A DNA stretch of 50,596 nt, taken from contig JBEKLA010000002.1 of NCBI GenBank assembly GCA_050010455.1, forward strand, positions 1 to 50,596, given 5' to 3'. This document shows positions 10,159 to 19,155 of the stretch, piece after piece. Source of the stretch: Candidatus Binataceae bacterium (GTDB lineage: Bacteria > Desulfobacterota > Binatia > Binatales > Binataceae). The position numbers and the translations under genes were made by a program. Within the stretch, counting starts at the first letter, position 1, and each line of letters begins with the position of its first letter. The notes beneath the pieces were generated by a model. That model was given only the letters and a program-made list of their open reading frames with translations. It was not told where the DNA came from and ran no database searches.

Positions 10159-10854
10159 TTAGTCTTCAAAATAAGGCCGGAACAGTTCCTCGAACCGGCG
10201 ATGCATCCATAGACGTTCTTCGGCGGCACGGTTGCCCTGTTCGGCAATTACGGCGACAGCGCACATGGCGCCTTGCAGTCCGAGCATGATGTCGCTATCA
10301 GACGCGAACATAGCCGCCCGTGCGGCAGCATAAGCTGGGCCGTCGCCAGCGTCGGCCGCTATTTTGGCGAGATTCCGAGCCGCATCTAATTCCGCAAGAG
10401 GGGCTTTGCTTCGTGCTAGTCGCCGCGAAACGTCAATTGCTCGGCGAGGCCGCTCATCTCCTGGGCACGCTTGTTCGTAAATCGGGAGAAGGCGCTCGGC
10501 GCAGTCACAGGCCAAGGTCCGAAGCGCACCGCTAACATCGAACGCTCGCAGCAATTTTTTCGTGACACTGATCTGGGAGGTTCCAAAGTTGGCATCGATT
10601 TTGACTTCGACAGGCTCCGAGACCTCAAAAACGCATGCTATTGGCCCGAGCCCGTGCATTAACGCGTCCCACAGCGTAGGCGACGATTCATAGCCGTCTA
10701 CGTGATTCATGAAACATTCGTCGTCTCCGCACCTGAAAGGCACGAATGTGCGTGTCTCGCCAACAGACCAAGGCAGCCGGCTTTCCAAACAAGGATGTTC
10801 GTCAGACCACATATCGGAACCGAGCAACTGATAGGCCTGAACACGCGTTTCCAT
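10159..10854 (-). CDS. Hypothetical protein with C-terminal Imm5-like (putative immunity) domain
   Basis: ACDCAERLLPIYE...PGDERPRRAI..R pattern typical of Imm5-like proteins; visibly lower GC than flanks; start at ATG 10854. Confidence 0.6.
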   Translation of the reverse strand: METRVQAYQLLGSDMWSDEHPCLESRLPWSVGETRTFVPFRCGDDECFMNHVDGYESSPTLWDALMHGLGPIACVFEVSEPVEVKIDANFGTSQISVTKKLLRAFDVSGALRTLACDCAERLLPIYEQACPGDERPRRAIDVSRRLARSKAPLAELDAARNLAKIAADAGDGPAYAAARAAMFASDSDIMLGLQGAMCAVAVIAEQGNRAAEERLWMHRRFEELFRPYFED

Positions 10855-10939
10855 GTTGCCTCCGAAGAGGTTCAATTCTCAGCGCCGTAGCGGCTCCGGC
10901 ATCAACGCGCTGCTCCGCTGCCAGGCTCGACGCGCAGCG

Positions 10940-12556
10940 CTAGCGAATCGGATCGATCAGCACTCCCGGATTGAGGATTCCGCGCGGATCGAGGGCGCGT
11001 TTGGCAGCCTGGAGAGCGCGCGCGAAGCCGTCGGGCCGTTGGCGATCGTACCATCGGCGATGGTCGCGGCCGACCGCATGATGATGCGTGATCGTGCCGC
11101 CCAGCCGGATCAGCGTATCCGACGCCGCGAGCTTGATCTCGTTCCACTGATCGATTTCGCTGCCCCGGCGGCCGGGCGCGAGGATAGTGTAATACGGCGC
11201 CGGCCCATCCGGGTAGATGTGAGTGAAGCGGCAAGTCACGGTGCCGGTGTCGGCAACCTTTGCCACCGCCGCCCGCGTCGCCTCCATCACCTGTGCGTGG
11301 AAATCCGGGAACCGCTCCCACGTGATCGCGGTCTCGAAGGTTTCGCTGATGACGCTCATCGCGATCAGCACGTCGCGGACGTAGGGAGCGTTGAGGAAGG
11401 TCTGGCGCCATGCGCCCGCCGCGCCTTCCTGCGAGGCTCCCTTATCGGTGCGCGTCTTCACCGGTTCGGCGGGAATCTTGCCGCCGTGATCGGCGCAGCA
11501 TTCGAGCGCGCGCGCCATCCAGGCGTCGACATTGTGATCGGCTGACTCGAACGTCAGCACCAGGATAGCCGCCGTGCCGTCGCCGGCGCTGGCCGACAAC
11601 GCCTCGCCCGGATCGAGCAATCGACAGTTCGCGGGATAAAGGCCGGCCTGCGAGATCGCGCGCGCGGCGTTGGCGCCCGAAATAAAATCGGGGAAGGGCA
11701 CCGACGTGGTTGCGCGCATCGTGGGCCGGTCCTGCAATCGCATCCAGGCCTCGGTGATAATGCCGAGCGTGCCCTCAGAGCCGATAAACATCCGATCGGG
11801 ACTTGGCCCGGCGCCGGAGCCCGGCAATCGGCGCGACTCGATGATTCCGGTCGGCGTCACCACGCGCGTCGATTCGACGAAGTCGTCGATATGCGTATAG
11901 AGCGACGCGAAATGGCCGCCCGAGCGCGTCGCGATCCATCCGCCGAGCGAGGAAAATTCGAACGACTGCGGAAAGTGGCGCAGCGTCAGGCCGTGCGGAC
12001 GCAACTGATCTTCCAGCGCCGGGCCGAACACGCCCGCCTGGATTCGTCCCGCGCGTGAGACGCGATCGATTTCGAGCACCTTGTTGAGATGGCGCAGATC
12101 GATCGATACCACGCCGCGATAGCTGCTGTCGTCCTGGATTGGTCCAAGGCCGCTGACCACGCTCGATCCGCCGCCGAACGGAATCACCGCGGCGTTGGCG
12201 CCGTCGCACCACTCCAGCAGCTGCACGATATCCTGCTCCGAGCGCGGGAACGCGACGACGTCGGGCGGATAGCGAAAATCGCGGCGAAACATCCGCACCC
12301 CGTCGCTGTACGATCTGCCGTAGGTATGCGCCGCGCGATCGTATTTATCGGTCGAGCAAATCGCGGCCAGCGCCGAAGGCGGCGACAGCCGGGGCGCGCG
12401 CAGATTGAGTTCGTCCAGCGTCGGCGGCGGCACGGCCTTCAATTCGGCCACGCCGAAACGCTTGGCCATCTTCTCGGCCAGCCGCTTTTGCGAATCGCGG
12501 TCAGGTCCCTGATCCTCGTAACCCCAGCCCCAAAACTTGAGTCTGCGTTCCGCCAT
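10940..12556 (-). CDS. FAD-binding oxidoreductase, alkyl-DHAP synthase (AgpS)-like
   Basis: PFGGGSSV, HFPQSFEFSSLGGWIATRSGG, GSEGTLG, THHHAVG, ILNPG. Confidence 0.88.
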   Translation of the reverse strand: MAERRLKFWGWGYEDQGPDRDSQKRLAEKMAKRFGVAELKAVPPPTLDELNLRAPRLSPPSALAAICSTDKYDRAAHTYGRSYSDGVRMFRRDFRYPPDVVAFPRSEQDIVQLLEWCDGANAAVIPFGGGSSVVSGLGPIQDDSSYRGVVSIDLRHLNKVLEIDRVSRAGRIQAGVFGPALEDQLRPHGLTLRHFPQSFEFSSLGGWIATRSGGHFASLYTHIDDFVESTRVVTPTGIIESRRLPGSGAGPSPDRMFIGSEGTLGIITEAWMRLQDRPTMRATTSVPFPDFISGANAARAISQAGLYPANCRLLDPGEALSASAGDGTAAILVLTFESADHNVDAWMARALECCADHGGKIPAEPVKTRTDKGASQEGAAGAWRQTFLNAPYVRDVLIAMSVISETFETAITWERFPDFHAQVMEATRAAVAKVADTGTVTCRFTHIYPDGPAPYYTILAPGRRGSEIDQWNEIKLAASDTLIRLGGTITHHHAVGRDHRRWYDRQRPDGFARALQAAKRALDPRGILNPGVLIDPIR

Positions 12557-12666
12557 CGCCGATCCCTGCCTTTCGCGAAAATTTGAGTGGTCAAACTTCG
12601 CGCACGATTGTGCGCCCAGCTTCGGCCAAAGCGCAAATCCCCGAGATAGGGCGAACGAGCGCCGAA

Positions 12667-15246
12667 TCAGCCCTTCAGCAATCGTTCGAGATTCGCGCCC
12701 TCGCGCTTTCTGAACTCCACCGCCACGCGCAGCCGCTCGAGATGCTGGTCGATCGTCTTACCCGCCTGCTTGACCTTGTGCGTGGCGAAGAACTCGCGAA
12801 CTTCGTCTTCGAGCGTCGCGAGCGCGATCACGCCCTCGCACATGCGCGGTATCGAGTTCTCCGGATAGCGCTCGACCATCGTGTCCCAGTTGCGTTTGAA
12901 AAATCGCCAGGCCTCTTCGCGGCATACGGTGTTGTACATCAACGAATGCATCAAGTATGGCGCGTTCTGGGTGCGCACCTCGCCGCTGAGCGTCAGCTCC
13001 ATCGTGGCGCGTAGCAGCTCGATACGGCGGAAGGCGGCCAGCGAGAACAGGTAGCGCTGCTCCTCCTGCGGATTGCGAGCTGTCTTAAAGTTGTCCTTGA
13101 AGTCGCGATACTCGGCTTCGCCACCGCTATAGGAGATGATCGAGATCAGCGCCGGTACCAGGTTGCGATCGACCGACGAGCCGTCGCGGCGGTAATCGGC
13201 GTAGAGCCGGCGCGCCCGCTGCCAGCAATCGCTATCGGCGCCGAGCGTGCCGAGCGCGCCGAGGATGTTGGCGCGCAACTGGCTCTGCAATTCGTCTTCG
13301 CCGGGACGTGGCGCCCATCCCAGGCGTGCCGCGGCCAACGCCAGCATCTCGCGAACCCTGGCTTGCAAAGCGGGCCGCGCGTCCTCGTTAATCACCATGT
13401 CGAGGTAGTTGAAGGCACCGAGCAACGCCCGCCACACGTTGAGGTCGGTTTCATCGCGAAACAGCCGCGCCATCGTCAGGAATTCGGCCAGCGGCGTGAG
13501 CCCGGCGACGACCGCTGCCCAGGTGTCGCTGACCAGCCCGAAACGCTCGATCGGCGCAAGCTCTGTCAGTGCCGAATTCAGCGCGGCCAGCATCTCCGGC
13601 GCGTAGCGCGAGCGATAGAACCCATGTCCACCTTCGTTGACGATTCCCCATTGGATACGGCCGGGAAGCTCGAGCGTGGCTTCGGTCTCGTCCAGTATAA
13701 TCTTGTGAGTGCTGACTCCGTGCTCGGTGCGAACCTTCACCATCACCGGCACATGCCAGAGCTGGGCGTTGGTCTGGCCATCGGCGATATAGGCGAACCG
13801 CTTCTGGCTCAGTACGATTCCGCGTCCGTCGGCCGCGGGCCTGACGCTGACGATCGGAAATCCGGGCTGGAAGATCCACGAATCCATCAGCTTGCGCACC
13901 GGCTGTCCCGAGGACTCTTCGAGCGCGTCCCACAGGTCGGTGGTTTCGGCGTTGGCGTACTGATGCTTGCGCAGGTAGAGCGCGATTCCCTTGCGGAACT
14001 CTTCGGCGCCGAGATACTGCTCGAGCATCCGCAGCACCGACGCGCCCTTTTCGTAGGTCAGAACGTCGAACATTCCGCCGGCTTCGCTGGCTGCGCGCAC
14101 CGTATATTCGATCGGGCGCGTGCTATGGAGCCCGTCCACCGCCATTGCCGCGCCGCGCGACATGCCGAAGCTCACCCATCGCTGCCATTGCGGCTTCCAG
14201 GCGTCCACCGCCAGCATCTCCATGAATGTCGCGAACGCCTCGTTCAGCCAAAGGCCGTTCCACCATTTCATGGTGACCAGATCGCCGAACCACATATGGG
14301 CGTTCTCGTGCGAAACTACGTCGGCGACGCGTTCGAGCTCGGAGCGCGAGGCGGTCTTCTCGTCGACCAGCAGGGCGGTTTCGCGAAACGTGATGGCGCC
14401 CAGGTTTTCCATCGCGCCCGAAGCGAAATCCGGAATCGCGATCAGATCGAGCTTGTCACCGGGATACTTGAAGCCGTAATAGTCGGCGAAGAACTTGAGC
14501 GAGAAAGCGCCGATTTCGCGCGCCCAATTCGTGAGCGGCCGCTTGCCGGGCACGTGAACGATCCGGAGCGGCGCACCGTCGACATCAACCGCGTCGGTAG
14601 CTTCGAACTCGCCCACAACAATCGCCACCAGATAGGTGGACATCCGGATCGTTTCTTTGAACGTAATCTCCTGCTTGCCGTCGCCAAGCCGCCGCTGGCC
14701 CTCGATAGCAGTGTTGCCAATCGCGGTCAGGCCATCGTCGATCACCAGGCTTAGCTTGAAGCTCGCCTTGAGCGCCGGCTCGTCCCAGCATGGAAAGGCG
14801 CGGCGCGCGTCGGTTGCTTCGAACTGGGTCGCTGCGACCCTGTGGGTCTGCCCAGCCGAATCCTTGTATTGGCTGCGATAGAAGCCGTGGAGCTTATCAT
14901 TCAGGATGCCGCGAAAAACGACGGTTAACCGCCACGCGCCCGCGTCGAGCGTCTCGCCGAAACGCAGTCGGGCGCGCTCGTTTGCCGCATCGAGATCGAT
15001 CGCGACGGCCGCGAGCCGCCGCCCGGCGCGCTCGACCTCGGCTTTATCGATCTCGAGCTCGATAGCGTTGAGCACAACCTCGGCGGTCGGCTGATGAACC
15101 GTTATCGCTACGGTTTCTTCGCCGGCGAACGTGAACGCTCGCAGGTCCGGGACCAGGCGAATCTCGTAACGCTCCGGAGTTACGCTCGTGGGCAGCCTAT
15201 AATCTTCGGCCGTGACGCTGGTTACCGCCGCTTCCTGATCGTGCAT
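12667..15246 (-). CDS. pepN: M1 family zinc aminopeptidase (aminopeptidase N / puromycin-sensitive type with ERAP1-like C-terminus)
   Basis: ATQFE..DARRAFPCWDEP, GAMEN, HENAH(x18)E zinc motif, YEKG. Confidence 0.93.
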   Translation of the reverse strand: MHDQEAAVTSVTAEDYRLPTSVTPERYEIRLVPDLRAFTFAGEETVAITVHQPTAEVVLNAIELEIDKAEVERAGRRLAAVAIDLDAANERARLRFGETLDAGAWRLTVVFRGILNDKLHGFYRSQYKDSAGQTHRVAATQFEATDARRAFPCWDEPALKASFKLSLVIDDGLTAIGNTAIEGQRRLGDGKQEITFKETIRMSTYLVAIVVGEFEATDAVDVDGAPLRIVHVPGKRPLTNWAREIGAFSLKFFADYYGFKYPGDKLDLIAIPDFASGAMENLGAITFRETALLVDEKTASRSELERVADVVSHENAHMWFGDLVTMKWWNGLWLNEAFATFMEMLAVDAWKPQWQRWVSFGMSRGAAMAVDGLHSTRPIEYTVRAASEAGGMFDVLTYEKGASVLRMLEQYLGAEEFRKGIALYLRKHQYANAETTDLWDALEESSGQPVRKLMDSWIFQPGFPIVSVRPAADGRGIVLSQKRFAYIADGQTNAQLWHVPVMVKVRTEHGVSTHKIILDETEATLELPGRIQWGIVNEGGHGFYRSRYAPEMLAALNSALTELAPIERFGLVSDTWAAVVAGLTPLAEFLTMARLFRDETDLNVWRALLGAFNYLDMVINEDARPALQARVREMLALAAARLGWAPRPGEDELQSQLRANILGALGTLGADSDCWQRARRLYADYRRDGSSVDRNLVPALISIISYSGGEAEYRDFKDNFKTARNPQEEQRYLFSLAAFRRIELLRATMELTLSGEVRTQNAPYLMHSLMYNTVCREEAWRFFKRNWDTMVERYPENSIPRMCEGVIALATLEDEVREFFATHKVKQAGKTIDQHLERLRVAVEFRKREGANLERLLKG

Positions 15247-15327
15247 CGATGATGGCTCCTTCCCTTAACGAAAAGCTTTGCATACTTGGCAGAAGGATTG
15301 AATCCTTCTACCTAGGCGAGAGTCCGG

Positions 15328-16194
15328 TTAGCGCTTGCCCGGTTGCGGCGCCTGGGCCATCTCGGCGAAGGTCGTCAGTCGCACGCCGTGCGCGTCGAGG
15401 GCCGCACGAAGCCCAGGGCTGGTCAGTAATTCGACCTCAATCTGAGCGTGCGGCGACGGCGGTAATCCGCCGACGTCGGCGGCGGGATGAAAATAAAGCT
15501 CGGTCGTGCCCTCGGGCAGCCGCGCGATCAGGCCCAGCAGATAGCTTTCGCTGAAGTTGCCGCTCTGATGGAGTCCGAACAGCCAATCGGTCGAGCGAAT
15601 CCCGCGTTCGGCCATCTTGCGCCGGGCGCGCGCCGAAAGCGAACGAAAGATCACCGCCCCGACGAGCTTGCGCCGGAGATGGTCGCGCGCCAACGCGAGC
15701 GTGGTGAAAACCGGCTCGCGCGGCAGCCTGAGGCACGGCACATGATATTCGGCGGCGAGATCGATCAGAATATCGGCCACCACCGGATGGACATGGATGT
15801 TCAAGTGGCCGTCGATGTGATTGAGACTGCCGGTCAGCTTCAAGTGCCGTTCAATTTGCGCGCGGCATTCGGCGCGAAGCTTGTCGCGCAACTTGCGATC
15901 GAAAAAATATTTGAGCCCGGCAATCGTCGGATTGTCCCCGAAGCGGCCGTTGGCGTCGACGATCCCGCCGAGCTCGGTATGTGGCATCGTGCTCGATCCC
16001 TGGCACAGCACGAGATGCAATCCGACGTCGAGCTTCGGGAGATCCCTCGCCGCTGCGACCGCGGCCTCGCACGCGCTTGCTGTGACCATCAGGCTTGCGC
16101 TGGTCAGCACGCCTTCGCGATGCGCCCGGATTACCCCGGCGTTGACTTCAGGCGATAGCCCAAAGTCATCGGCGTTGACGATCAGTGCCTTCAT
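15328..16194 (-). CDS. hpnK: Hopanoid-associated YdjC-family deacetylase
   Basis: LIVNADDFG, GLHLVL, HIDGHLNIHVHP, ELYFHPA; lies beside hopanoid genes; start at ATG 16194. Confidence 0.85.
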   Translation of the reverse strand: MKALIVNADDFGLSPEVNAGVIRAHREGVLTSASLMVTASACEAAVAAARDLPKLDVGLHLVLCQGSSTMPHTELGGIVDANGRFGDNPTIAGLKYFFDRKLRDKLRAECRAQIERHLKLTGSLNHIDGHLNIHVHPVVADILIDLAAEYHVPCLRLPREPVFTTLALARDHLRRKLVGAVIFRSLSARARRKMAERGIRSTDWLFGLHQSGNFSESYLLGLIARLPEGTTELYFHPAADVGGLPPSPHAQIEVELLTSPGLRAALDAHGVRLTTFAEMAQAPQPGKR

Positions 16195-16272
16195 GGCGGC
16201 ATCAGGCGCGACGGCGCCGGCGGAATCGCGGAGGGCCGCCAATAGCCGCGCTTGCCCGCTCGAGTTGTTGCT

Positions 16273-17109
16273 ATGAAAGCGTGGGGAGCGCGACGCGCGC
16301 TTGACGAGGCCATCCGCACGCGCAATTTTGCTCGCAACGTGACCGCCGCTCAAGAACCGTCGAGAATTCTGATCTTCTATGCGTTTGCGCGCGAGCTCGC
16401 CCATTTCAAGCACAGGCTCGAAGCTCGCTCCGCGCTCGAGACCGAAGGACTGCACGGCTTGCGCGGCCGTATCGGGAAAGCGGAGCTCACGCTGGTAGCC
16501 ACCGGGATGGGAGCGATGCGCGCCCGCCAGACCGCTCACCGCGCGCTTGAGATCTTTTCCGGCACGAAGCTGATCATCTCCGCCGGTGTCGCTGGCGCTC
16601 TGTCCGAAGGGCTTGAACCCGGTGACGTAATCATCGCCGATCGGCTGCTGCTTGGCGGCAAGGAAAGCTTCAGGGCCGATCACATTCTGGCGCTTGAGCC
16701 GGAGCAGGTGCGCGCCGCCGAGTACGCGATGCGCGAAGCGAAAGTGCGCTTCGCTACGGGCGCGATGCTTACGGCCAGCCGAGTGCTGGCAGACAGCGCG
16801 GCCAAGCGTCTTGCCAAGGAACAGAGTGGCGCGATCGCGGTTGATATGGAGAGCGCGGTGCTGGGCCTCGAGGCCGCGGCGCGCGGCATCCCGTTCGTGT
16901 GCGTGCGCGCGGTGCTCGATACCGTTGATGACGAGATCCCGGCGGCAGAACTCGGCGCTGCCGACGGCCGGGTAAGGCCGCTCGCAGCCACCGCATTCCT
17001 GGTTCGCCATCCTGCGACGATACTCAAGCTGCCGCGGCTGATGCGCAATCTGTCCCGCGCGACTGCTCGTCTGGCAGACGCTCTAGACGCGATAACTCGA
17101 AACGCCTGA
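16273..17109 (+). CDS. hpnG: Hopanoid-associated nucleoside phosphorylase/nucleosidase
   Basis: TGMG, ISAGVAGAL..L.PGDV, AVDMES, VRAVLD (PNP/MTA-SAH nucleosidase fold) plus hopanoid context; start uncertain (16273 or GTG 16339). Confidence 0.78.
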   Translation: MKAWGARRALDEAIRTRNFARNVTAAQEPSRILIFYAFARELAHFKHRLEARSALETEGLHGLRGRIGKAELTLVATGMGAMRARQTAHRALEIFSGTKLIISAGVAGALSEGLEPGDVIIADRLLLGGKESFRADHILALEPEQVRAAEYAMREAKVRFATGAMLTASRVLADSAAKRLAKEQSGAIAVDMESAVLGLEAAARGIPFVCVRAVLDTVDDEIPAAELGAADGRVRPLAATAFLVRHPATILKLPRLMRNLSRATARLADALDAITRNA

Positions 17110-17147
17110 GGCGATCGCGCCGCCGTTTCGCGCGCTTTCGAGCGCGC

Positions 17148-18065
17148 TCAAGGCACGCTTCGCGAAGAATCGCCGACCGCGGCCGCTTCGAAATCGAAAT
17201 TGGTCGCCGCCTGATTTTCGAAGACCGTTCTCAGGTAGGGGAAGTCGGCGAGATGGCGCGCGATCGCGGCGGCGTCGCCATAAGTATCCGCTCGCGTCAG
17301 AATATTGATCAGCAACGCCAGGAACGGAACGAAGATAAACACGCTCGCCCAAGCGATCTCGGCGGCTCCGATCCAGAACAGCATCGTGATGCCGAAGCCG
17401 ACGATGCCAGCGTAGAGCCCAAGGCCGAGCAACGCGCGCGACGGAAATCCGGACACGATGCCCATCGGTTTGTGCGGCCCGCGATTCAAGCGCGCGGCGA
17501 GCATCTGGAAGATCGCCACCGTCACGGCAGCGACGAAGAACCATCCGAGGTAATTGCTGATCGGCACGCCGAAGTGCGGTCCGGGCGGGTCGTACCAGAA
17601 AATTTTGCCGAGAAACCAACGGTTGCCACGCACGCTCAGTGGATCGACGACGAGGTCGATCATGGTCATGAACGTCGCCGCCATCAGCCACACTCGCGGC
17701 GCGCGCCGAAGCTTCCACGTGTCGAGGATGCGCAGGTCGAATCCGCGGCGGTAAAGCGGCGAGCTTGCGAGCAGCGCGACGCTGTAACTGACGAACGACA
17801 GGAACGTGAACGAGAGCGAGTCCATCAGCGGAACGCCTGCGACCCAAAGCTCGCGCCCGCGCGTTGCCTCGATGTAATGATAGAGACCGAAGGGGAAGCC
17901 GTTGTGTATCGAACTCCATTCGCACGCGAGCGCCACCGCGTAGGTCAGCGCCGTGAACAGAATCGTGGTACGCAATCCGAAGTTGATAATCGCGATGAAC
18001 AGATAGCTGGCGAGAAACACGAACACATAGGGGCGCAATACGATCGTCGATAGCAGCAGGTTCAT
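17148..18065 (-). CDS. CruF-like membrane protein (carotenoid biosynthesis / 1,2-hydratase family)
   Basis: Multiple TM segments, E..SIHNGFPFGLYHY, GVP, IDLVVDP, FGVPISNYLGW. Confidence 0.8.
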   Translation of the reverse strand: MNLLLSTIVLRPYVFVFLASYLFIAIINFGLRTTILFTALTYAVALACEWSSIHNGFPFGLYHYIEATRGRELWVAGVPLMDSLSFTFLSFVSYSVALLASSPLYRRGFDLRILDTWKLRRAPRVWLMAATFMTMIDLVVDPLSVRGNRWFLGKIFWYDPPGPHFGVPISNYLGWFFVAAVTVAIFQMLAARLNRGPHKPMGIVSGFPSRALLGLGLYAGIVGFGITMLFWIGAAEIAWASVFIFVPFLALLINILTRADTYGDAAAIARHLADFPYLRTVFENQAATNFDFEAAAVGDSSRSVP

Positions 18066-18153
18066 GGCATTCCATGCCAACGGGGAGACTGCTCGCGTTG
18101 GTCGAGTTTTCGGTTACCAACCGCTGCGCAGGCGAGCCCGGCCTTCTTAGAAA

Positions 18154-19152
18154 TCACTTGGCGCACGCGCCGGATTCCCGATAATAGGCGATCGCGCGAG
18201 CCAGCGCGTCATCGATCGAACGCGGCGCGTAGCCCAGCTCTCGATTCGCCTTGCCCGAATCGAAGAACATACGCTTGCGCGCCATCCGCACCGCGGTCAG
18301 GCTCGCTCGCGGCTCGCGCTTGGTTATGGTTCGCGCGACCGCTTCCGCCGCGAGCGCGAAGGCGTAAGCGAACGCGTACGGGATCTTGAGCTTCGGTGCG
18401 GGAACACCGGAAATCGCCGCCAGACGCTGAAACACTTCGCCAAGCGTCAGGTTCTCGCCGCCCAGGATGTACTTTTCGCCGATCTTGCCGCGCTGCGCGG
18501 CGAGCAGATGGCCGCGCGCGACATCTTCGACGTCGACGAGATTCAGGCCGGTGTCGAGGTACGCCGGCATGCGGGCGTTCAGGAAATCGACGATAACTCG
18601 TCCCGTTGGCGTGGGCTTGTAATCGAACGGACCGACCGGCGTCGAAGGATTGACAATCACCACCGGCAGGCCGGCGCGTGCGGCCTCGACCGCGGCTTGC
18701 TCGGCGAGGAACTTGGAACGTTTGTACGCGCCGACCATGTCCTCGATCGAAACCGGAACGTCCTCGCGGCCGGGACCGTCCGGCGGAATTCCGAGCGTAC
18801 CGACGGTGCTGGTATGAATCACTTTCGCGACGTTGGCGCGCCGCGCGGCAGCGAGCACGTTTCTGGTGCCGTCGAGATTGGTGGCGTACATCGGCGCTTC
18901 ATCCAGCAGCCACAGCCGATAGTCAGCCGCGACATGATAGATCTCGTCACACCCCTCGGCAGCGCGCGCGACGGAATCAGGATCGCGCAAGTCGCCGACC
19001 AACGGTTCGCAGTTGACGCCGCGCAAAGTGCGAACGTCGGCGCCGGCGCGGAGCAGAACGCGGACGGTGCGGCCTTCCTGAAGCAGCGCGCGAACGACGT
19101 GGCATCCGACGAAGCCGTTGCCTCCAGTTACCAGCGCTCTACGTCCGGCCAT
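18154..19152 (-). CDS. hpnA: Hopanoid-associated sugar epimerase/dehydratase
   Basis: TGGNGFVG, HVAADYRLW, YKRSK, VNPSTPVG..KPTPTG. Confidence 0.92.
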   Translation of the reverse strand: MAGRRALVTGGNGFVGCHVVRALLQEGRTVRVLLRAGADVRTLRGVNCEPLVGDLRDPDSVARAAEGCDEIYHVAADYRLWLLDEAPMYATNLDGTRNVLAAARRANVAKVIHTSTVGTLGIPPDGPGREDVPVSIEDMVGAYKRSKFLAEQAAVEAARAGLPVVIVNPSTPVGPFDYKPTPTGRVIVDFLNARMPAYLDTGLNLVDVEDVARGHLLAAQRGKIGEKYILGGENLTLGEVFQRLAAISGVPAPKLKIPYAFAYAFALAAEAVARTITKREPRASLTAVRMARKRMFFDSGKANRELGYAPRSIDDALARAIAYYRESGACAK

Positions 19153-19155
19153 CGC

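Noticed and set aside
13363-14754. 463-aa plus-strand ORF
   Set aside because: Antisense to the aminopeptidase, no motifs; typical high-GC shadow ORF
16195-17010. Long N-terminal extension of the hpnK ORF (560 aa in the track)
   Set aside because: It is the antisense shadow of hpnG; the YdjC domain starts at ATG 16194
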